Assembly: GCA_964508925.1 (NCBI GenBank)
Contig: CAZDVM010000008.1
Location: 97,774-161,773, forward strand
Length of the DNA: 64,000 nt
Direction: 5' to 3'
DNA from: an uncultured Pirellulales bacterium
GTDB lineage: Bacteria; Planctomycetota; Phycisphaerae; Sedimentisphaerales; Anaerobacaceae
Below the pieces are notes generated by a model that was given only the letters and a program-made list of their open reading frames with translations, did not search any database and had not been told where the DNA came from. Below, piece after piece: positions 58,548-64,000 of the stretch. The first letter of the stretch is position 1. The number at the start of each line of letters is the position of its first letter. Made by a program: the position numbers and the translations under genes.

Positions 58548-59300
58548 ATGGACCTCAAGACCTTAAAAGAAGTAGAAAAAAAGATAGGTTACGAATTCAA
58601 AGAAAAAAAGCTTTTAAACCAGGCATTTGACCATTCCTCTTATGTCGATAATCGGCTGACCAGCAACGAAAGGCTCGAGTTTCTCGGCGATTCCATTCTC
58701 GGCACCGTAATATGCGAAAAGCTGTTCAATACCTTCCCTACTTATACGGAAGGTGATCTTACCAAGATAAAGAGCATGCTGGTTTCCCGAAGGAGCTGTG
58801 CCAAAGTCACCAAAAACCTTGACATTATAAAATACCTCAAAGTCGGAAAGGGAATGGCCAAAAGCCGGGCTCTGCACGGCTCTATAGCTGCCGGGCTTCT
58901 GGAAGCGGTTATCGCAGCCATTTACATCGACGGAGGTTATGAAGCCGCTAAAAATTTCGTCCTCAATAATTTCGATGAACTCATAGTCGAGACCGATGCC
59001 CATGAATTCCACGGCAATTTCAAGTCCATGCTTCAGCAGTATGCACAGCAGAATTATAATTTTACCCCCGATTATATCCTGCTGGATGAAAAAGGCCCTG
59101 ATCACGATAAATGCTTCGAGACCCAGGCGATCATAAAGGAAAGACATTTCAGCAGTGCATGGGGAAATAATAAAAAAGAAGCAGAACAGAAAGCCGCCTT
59201 TAACGCATTACTGGAACTCGGCGTGATAGAACTCCATCACGGAAAGGAAAAAACCAGAGAACTGGATGAGGACCTGGAAGAATCAGACCAGTTACAATAA
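58548..59300 (+). CDS. rnc: Ribonuclease III
   Basis: ERLEFLGDSILG (RNase III signature), C-terminal dsRBD. 250 aa. Confidence 0.9.
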   Translation: MDLKTLKEVEKKIGYEFKEKKLLNQAFDHSSYVDNRLTSNERLEFLGDSILGTVICEKLFNTFPTYTEGDLTKIKSMLVSRRSCAKVTKNLDIIKYLKVGKGMAKSRALHGSIAAGLLEAVIAAIYIDGGYEAAKNFVLNNFDELIVETDAHEFHGNFKSMLQQYAQQNYNFTPDYILLDEKGPDHDKCFETQAIIKERHFSSAWGNNKKEAEQKAAFNALLELGVIELHHGKEKTRELDEDLEESDQLQ

Positions 59301-59585
59301 AACCAGCTGCAGCAGATAAAGAACCACCGCCGCCAGGATCATAAACCCCATGATGGAACCGAAAAGCAGAACCACCTCTCTCGTATATTTATACAGCGAT
59401 ACTTCCTTCAACTTCGTGGCCTTATAAACTATAGCTATGGAAAGCACCAAAGGCAGCAGCCAAAGCAGTGATTCGGGCTCACAGCCGATCTCTATAGGCG
59501 AGGTAAAGGAGGCAGGAAAATCAAATAGTTGAAACATTTTCACCTCCGAAAACCTCTTCCTCGTTTGTAAGTGCCAGATGAACAC
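59292..59585 (-). CDS. Small membrane protein (start uncertain)
   Basis: Two hydrophobic helices. The likely start is an internal Met (MFQLFDF...). Weak call. Confidence 0.3.
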   Translation of the reverse strand: MFIWHLQTRKRFSEVKMFQLFDFPASFTSPIEIGCEPESLLWLLPLVLSIAIVYKATKLKEVSLYKYTREVVLLFGSIMGFMILAAVVLYLLQLVLL

Positions 59586-59940
59586 AATTTATAATAACCA
59601 GCATATTCAAAAGACCGGCAATACTGGTATATATCTGGCCGATAGTATAGGGTTTGCCGTAAACCATATATTGTCCCGACTCCGTTGTATGCCCTATTAT
59701 CGAAACCAGCGGAGAATTGAGTATCTGCGCAACATACCAAGGCTTGGAAGTCACCGGATCGATAACGCCGATGCTCCCTATAAATATTCCCAGCAAAAAA
59801 GTCGCAGCCAGCGTCACGAAAACCACAACCGCCCTTTTTTTCTGCCCCAGAACCAGATACCCCAGCCCGGGAATAAACCAGGCCGCTATACCTGAAACTA
59901 TGGCCTGCAGATTCTTGTTATCAGTATACTTTTCTATCAT
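59521..59940 (-). CDS. Integral membrane protein (139 aa)
   Basis: Three to four TM helices. Its start lies immediately after the stop of the upstream PpiD-like gene, so operonic. Confidence 0.5.
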   Translation of the reverse strand: MIEKYTDNKNLQAIVSGIAAWFIPGLGYLVLGQKKRAVVVFVTLAATFLLGIFIGSIGVIDPVTSKPWYVAQILNSPLVSIIGHTTESGQYMVYGKPYTIGQIYTSIAGLLNMLVIINCVHLALTNEEEVFGGENVSTI

Positions 59941-62187
59941 CTATTCGATCACTTCATTCGGCTCGTTCGGCTCGGAAAGTTCGGTTTCTTCCTCGACAAA
60001 ACTGAAGTTATTTCTTTCCACGATATTGTCAGATGTAAGATGAACCATCGCAAGGCTCTGGGCCTTCCTGCCGGCTTCAAGATAAAGTGTCATCGGTTTG
60101 TTCATCTCATAATCTTCGAAGAAAAACTCATCGGCAGAAAGAGTATTTACCACATAATAGCTCTGTTCTGGCTTAAACACAAAACTCAGCGGAAGTTCAT
60201 TCGGCTCTTGTTTGCCCCGGGGTATCAGTGACATCAGCTTTTCATTCAGCAGTGCCCTCTTCTTATAGGCCCCGGTCGCCCTTCCCTGCGGCGTACCCTC
60301 ACTCTGTATCTCATACACCAGCATATCTTCAGGCGTAAAGAGCCTGATCCTCTGACGATCCCTGACCGTCACCTTCAGATCATCTTTTGCATACTCGGAA
60401 TTAAATTTCTCAACCGCCGCTTCGAAGCTGTTCGCATCCTCAACCATCTTCACAAACTCATCGACTTTCGGCTGCATATTCTCAAGTGCTGCAACCTTCT
60501 TCAGATCCTCAGTGACATCTTCCTTAACCGAGTAAATTTTTTCCTCTGCGGTCTCTTCCAGCCTCAAGGCGTTTTTACTTATCACGGTATCAAGTGTCGG
60601 CATCTTCTGCTTCTGAGTTTTCGTCACTCGCGCAAGCATGAACAGCCTGTTACCCATATCCTTCAGCGGCCCGATATTCTTATAAAGCTCCGGAGGCTGA
60701 ATATCGAAAGGTCCGAGGTCACTCAAATCCAGCTCACCTGCAGAGAACAATATCTGGCTCATATAAACCGGTGTACCGGCAGAACCACGCATAAACATTC
60801 TGCCCAGGTTTGCATCTTCCATAACATCCGCCACTCCAAGCATACCGGTCTTACCCGAAAGCACCGGCAGCCCGAACTTTTCGGTAAGCTCCTGTGCCGC
60901 CATCTTATAATCACCCGAAAGCTTCCTGTAATCCTCTCCGGTCAGCATTTCCACACTTTTATCACTCTGCTCAAGCCCAACCTCGGTAAGCGTTTTCGCT
61001 TGCTCCATAACCTTATCGGCCTTGTCGGTGATCCGGTTCTCCGTAATCCTCCTTCGTATCTGGCTCATCACCGAGGAATAACTCTTCAGCCTTTGCTCTT
61101 TCGGCGAATTCGGATCGTTAGGATCGGTCGGCACCTGCTCGGTGAACATGTTCCGGTTTCTCTGATAAAAATTCTCCATCTCCTCGCTCGTAGGCAATTC
61201 GACAGTCTCTAAGATATCGTCCCTTTTCACCGCAATATACTCGAACGCCACCATCTCCGGCAGCTTATACCCGAAGCCGTAAGGATTATCCTCCGTCACC
61301 ACATCCGGCAGCACATCCTTATACTCTTCAAACTGCTGCTCGATCGCCTCCTGCGAAGGCTCCGGCTGCTCATCCAGAAAAAGCTCCGCCGGTACAGCCG
61401 CAAACTGACCCGAAACTTTTGCATTTCTCAGCTTCGTATCGACCCTGATCTCTGTTTCGGTAAAACTCTCACCCGTGCAGACCATCCGGTTATAAGTAAT
61501 TATCCTCATCAGTTTCGCAAAAGTATCTATCACCTGCTCCTGCGATATATTCTGCATTCGGGTAACATTCTGCATCACCTGCTCGAAACTCGACTGCTCG
61601 AAAAGCTGCGGAACGACGTTGGCAAGCTGCTTAGCGGCATCTTCCCTTTTGATCCTTATTCCCGCCTGGTGGGCCTCGTGGTTCAGAAGTATCCAGTAGA
61701 TATGCGGCGGATAACGCTTCTCATAAAAATTATTTATCTGCTCTGCACTTATCGCAATATTATTCGTCACCGCTATCCTCTGCAGAAACTGGGCGATCTG
61801 TGCAGATGTGGTCGTATCGGAAAAAAGCAGTTCCGCTATCAGCAAAGCCCTCAGATCAGGCGCCCTCATCGCCGGCATCGGGATATTCCTCAGCATTAAC
61901 TCCGCCCTCAAAAACTTCAGCGTCTCAAGCTCCCTGGAGGCTATAATACTGTCCTCGCGGGTGATCTCCTTGCCGTCATTATAAACTGCAAGTGTCTCGC
62001 CGAGACCTCTCCTTCTCTTGCCAAGCTGCCTCAGCCATGCACCTGCCACAAATCCGATCATAAGAATTACGATCACGATCGCCATTATCTTACGGTTGTT
62101 CCTGCGGAACCATCTGGTTAAACTCATATTTCGCTCCAAATATCTTTTAGAATCTCTTTGTGGAAAAACTTCAAGTATAAAGGGCAA
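59941..62187 (-). CDS. Periplasmic chaperone PpiD/SurA-like protein with N-terminal membrane anchor
   Basis: 748 aa. Basic N-terminus plus single TM (IMAIVIVILMIGFVAGAWL). Long SurA-N-like helical domain. No clear parvulin signature seen by eye. Confidence 0.5.
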   Translation of the reverse strand: MPFILEVFPQRDSKRYLERNMSLTRWFRRNNRKIMAIVIVILMIGFVAGAWLRQLGKRRRGLGETLAVYNDGKEITREDSIIASRELETLKFLRAELMLRNIPMPAMRAPDLRALLIAELLFSDTTTSAQIAQFLQRIAVTNNIAISAEQINNFYEKRYPPHIYWILLNHEAHQAGIRIKREDAAKQLANVVPQLFEQSSFEQVMQNVTRMQNISQEQVIDTFAKLMRIITYNRMVCTGESFTETEIRVDTKLRNAKVSGQFAAVPAELFLDEQPEPSQEAIEQQFEEYKDVLPDVVTEDNPYGFGYKLPEMVAFEYIAVKRDDILETVELPTSEEMENFYQRNRNMFTEQVPTDPNDPNSPKEQRLKSYSSVMSQIRRRITENRITDKADKVMEQAKTLTEVGLEQSDKSVEMLTGEDYRKLSGDYKMAAQELTEKFGLPVLSGKTGMLGVADVMEDANLGRMFMRGSAGTPVYMSQILFSAGELDLSDLGPFDIQPPELYKNIGPLKDMGNRLFMLARVTKTQKQKMPTLDTVISKNALRLEETAEEKIYSVKEDVTEDLKKVAALENMQPKVDEFVKMVEDANSFEAAVEKFNSEYAKDDLKVTVRDRQRIRLFTPEDMLVYEIQSEGTPQGRATGAYKKRALLNEKLMSLIPRGKQEPNELPLSFVFKPEQSYYVVNTLSADEFFFEDYEMNKPMTLYLEAGRKAQSLAMVHLTSDNIVERNNFSFVEEETELSEPNEPNEVIE

Positions 62188-62232
62188 ATCCGTTTTTTCA
62201 AGAAAAATAGCCGCCTAAAAAGACGAAAATAA

Positions 62233-62639
62233 CATATGCAAAAAGTTGTGCATATGCCAACTCATTGCTGTAATACCGGATGAAGCTTAAACCATACCCC
62301 AGCCTGCCCTGAGCAAAGCCGAACGGGTCATCTCGAGTGAGGCGAAGCCGAATCGAGCCAATGCCGTTTATTGCAAGGTGTCGTTCCTTAAATCTTTTCG
62401 CTTAAGGAATGTTAATATGAGTATCGACTTTAAAAATCGGGAGCCTTTACCGCAGAAAGATCTCTCCGCTTCGACCGGCAAAGCCGGTCTCCGGTCGAGA
62501 TGACGGGGAGGGCGATTGTACTTCGTTCACTGTGTACGAGATAACAGGGGGGGGGACTTCACTCACTCCGATTAAGATTACATACACTGTTTGCAAAACG
62601 TTTTCTACCTCACGTCATTCCGAGCGGAGCCGAGGAATC
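62233..62639. repeat. Hairpin-dense non-coding region with four perfect 8-bp inverted repeats, a G9 homopolymer and a pair of imperfect 26-28 nt direct repeats
   Basis: IRs: CATATGCA/TGCATATG (62233-62256), TTCCTTAA/TTAAGGAA (62384-62409), TCGACCGG/CCGGTCGA (62471-62498), CTCGA/TCGAG within the repeat at 62327. G9 at 62547-62555. Direct repeats GTCATCTCGAGTGAGGCGAAGCCGAATC (62327-62354) and GTCATTCCGAGCGGAGCCGAGGAATC (62614-62639). Confidence 0.5.
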
Positions 62640-62845
62640 TTTCTTAGATAACCCTTTATAAAGATATATAAAAATTAATATAATAGTTTTATTTATTTTT
62701 GTCACTTTTTAAAAAAGATTAAACAGTAATAAAAATTTTTATATGTTAAACAAAAAATACTGAAGAAAAAAAAGAAAAAAACCGAAAGGAACAATATGAT
62801 ACTGTGACTTTTTATTGTTGAACTTTTAACTTGGAAAGGAAAATA

Positions 62846-63073
62846 ATGGCTAAAAGAAAAACAAGAAAGAAAAAATCAGGAAAAAAGAACCTTAAAAAGG
62901 GTAGATGGACTAAAGAAGAAGTAAAATTTCTCAAAAAAGAATTTCCAAGAAGACCATGCCAAGAAGTCGCTAATGAATTAGGCCGCCCATTGTATGCAGT
63001 TAAAAGAAAAGCGTATAGACTGGGCAAATACAAAACTAAAAAATATTTAAGAAGTTTGGGGCGTAAAGTTTAA
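62846..63073 (+). CDS. Small highly basic protein with Myb/SANT-like (homeodomain-like) helix pattern
   Basis: 75 aa. MAKRKTRKKKSGKKNLKKGRWTKEEVKFLKKEF...CQEVANELGRPLYAVKRKAYRLGK fits W-T-x-EE...L...IA..LGR...C..R of SANT/Myb repeats. AAGGAAA RBS. Lies in AT-rich DNA. Confidence 0.5.
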   Translation: MAKRKTRKKKSGKKNLKKGRWTKEEVKFLKKEFPRRPCQEVANELGRPLYAVKRKAYRLGKYKTKKYLRSLGRKV

Positions 63074-63076
63074 AAT

Positions 63077-63946
63077 TTAGACTTTAGAAACCCTTTTGCT
63101 TTTTACCTTAAGTAATTTGTAACTAGCGCCTATATGCACTAGGGTTTTTTCCTTAGATGGATTTAATCTTTTTTGAGTTGTTTTTATTGCTGCTTCTGAT
63201 TTATCGATACCCATCCATTTACGGTTAAGGTTTTCTGCAATCTTTAATGTAGTTCCAGAGCCACAGAAACAATCAAATACTGTATTTTCTGGTAGAGATG
63301 AAGCTTCAATAATACGCTTAAGAAGCTTTAAATTTTTTTGTGTAGGATAAGAGGGATAAGGGGCATCTTTAAATTCCCAGATATCTTGCACCATTTTTCC
63401 CTTTTTCCTGGCTTCGTCAGCATATTTAATTTTTCTAGGATTGCCAGTTTTGGACCATTCTATTAAACCTTTTTCGTCTAACTTATCTAATTTTTTAGGA
63501 TCATATCGCCAATGCCTACCTGGTGGTGGATTCATGCCTTTCCACTTTTTCCCTGTATTTCCATTAGCAGTTTCACCGGGTGCATGTAAAGGAGTAGTGG
63601 TATATCTCCGTCCCTTGGAGTCTTTTTTAGGGAATAGTCTTTTTAAATCTTCCTCACTTTGTGGTTCTCTTGGTTCGTTCCAAATAAAATCATCAGACTT
63701 GGTATAGAAAAGAATCATATCTTTAATATTTCCGTAACCTTTTCTTTTAAAATTTTTAGGATTACATTTAATCCTTGTTATATCATTTCTAAAATTATCT
63801 TGCCCAAAAACCTCGTCCATGATTATTTTAACGTAATGACCAATTTTATAGTCTATGTGCAGGTAAATAGAGGCGTGTTCAGCCATGAGTTCTCGGATGT
63901 ATATTAATCTTTCTCTTATAAATTCAAGATATTTTTCTTCTTTCAA
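63077..63946 (-). CDS. DNA methyltransferase (N4/N6 amino-MTase, beta-class), 5' end truncated by window edge
   Basis: C-terminal FDCFCGSGTT (motif I, AdoMet binding), typical of beta-class MTases where DPPY precedes it. The DPPY motif lies beyond the window end. Convergent with the basic mini-protein gene, 3-nt gap. Confidence 0.7.
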   Translation of the reverse strand: MKEEKYLEFIRERLIYIRELMAEHASIYLHIDYKIGHYVKIIMDEVFGQDNFRNDITRIKCNPKNFKRKGYGNIKDMILFYTKSDDFIWNEPREPQSEEDLKRLFPKKDSKGRRYTTTPLHAPGETANGNTGKKWKGMNPPPGRHWRYDPKKLDKLDEKGLIEWSKTGNPRKIKYADEARKKGKMVQDIWEFKDAPYPSYPTQKNLKLLKRIIEASSLPENTVFDCFCGSGTTLKIAENLNRKWMGIDKSEAAIKTTQKRLNPSKEKTLVHIGASYKLLKVKSKRVSKV

Positions 63947-64000
63947 AGTGGCGTGACCCCCTGAAACTGTACCATTGCTAATTAGAGAGTATTCGATAGA

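Noticed and set aside
62190-62640. tmRNA (ssrA) as partner of the smpB in this window
   Set aside because: TTCGACCGG resembles part of the tmRNA 5' region. However there is no tRNA-Ala-like acceptor/T-arm (GGTTCGATTCC...CCA) and no tag-peptide reading frame ending in ALAA on either strand.
1-64000. CRISPR arrays, IS elements/transposases, integrase genes
   Set aside because: No regularly spaced direct repeats and no transposase- or integrase-like translations were seen in any frame.

Overview
This 64 kb window is a gene-dense, moderate-GC stretch of bacterial chromosome with short intergenic regions and many 1-14 nt gene overlaps, probably from an uncultured anaerobe of unresolved phylum. 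About 60 protein genes can be called from the translations, plus two tRNAs (tRNA-Gln CUG on the minus strand, tRNA-Thr UGU on the plus strand). No rRNA, CRISPR array, transposase or clear IS element was seen.

Main content by theme:
- Housekeeping: xth, tsaD, nnr, ispG, trpC, smpB, purE, thiE, rnc, comM, hsp20.
- DNA damage / SOS-like circuitry, which is unusually rich here: a canonical lexA, a second LexA-like self-cleaving repressor (XRE-type HTH fused to an S24 peptidase) whose promoter carries three copies of a TTGCGAAWWATTT motif and a divergent 59-aa ORF, a umuD-umuC operon, xth, and a near-perfect Cheo-type box (CCGAACAATTGTTCGG) upstream of a lipoprotein gene.
- Glycan utilisation: GH130, GH116, a sialate O-acetylesterase, an LtaS/sulfatase-like enzyme, and a GT4 glycosyltransferase fused to an (alpha/alpha)6-barrel-like domain.
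- Osmolyte synthesis: a MarR regulator followed by ablA (kamA), a Na+/solute symporter and ablB, the N-epsilon-acetyl-beta-lysine route.

Most notable observations:
1. A ParA/MinD-family ATPase fused to a C-terminal AMPK-beta-like glycogen-binding CBM48 domain, with no ParB partner nearby. This is a candidate glycogen-granule positioning system and is the lead finding.
2. A CI/LexA-like switch locus built around the second S24 repressor.
3. A three-part fusion of methylenetetrahydrofolate reductase, a Zn-ribbon MetV-like segment and a methyl-THF pterin-binding methyltransferase domain.
4. A gene-free, hairpin-dense ~400 nt region carrying a G9 homopolymer and imperfect 26-28 nt direct repeats. 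It abuts an AT-rich 3' end of the window that holds a Myb/SANT-like basic mini-protein and a DNA methyltransferase truncated at the edge, which suggests foreign DNA continuing beyond the window.
5. A HEPN-like Rx4H protein whose gene overlaps ispG.
6. A pentapeptide-repeat protein fused to a K+ channel pore.
7. Leaderless-looking promoters at tsaD and umuD.
8. An entericidin-like 43-aa lipoprotein gene below the ORF-track length cutoff.

All domain and family assignments are from reading the translations by eye. No database search was run.
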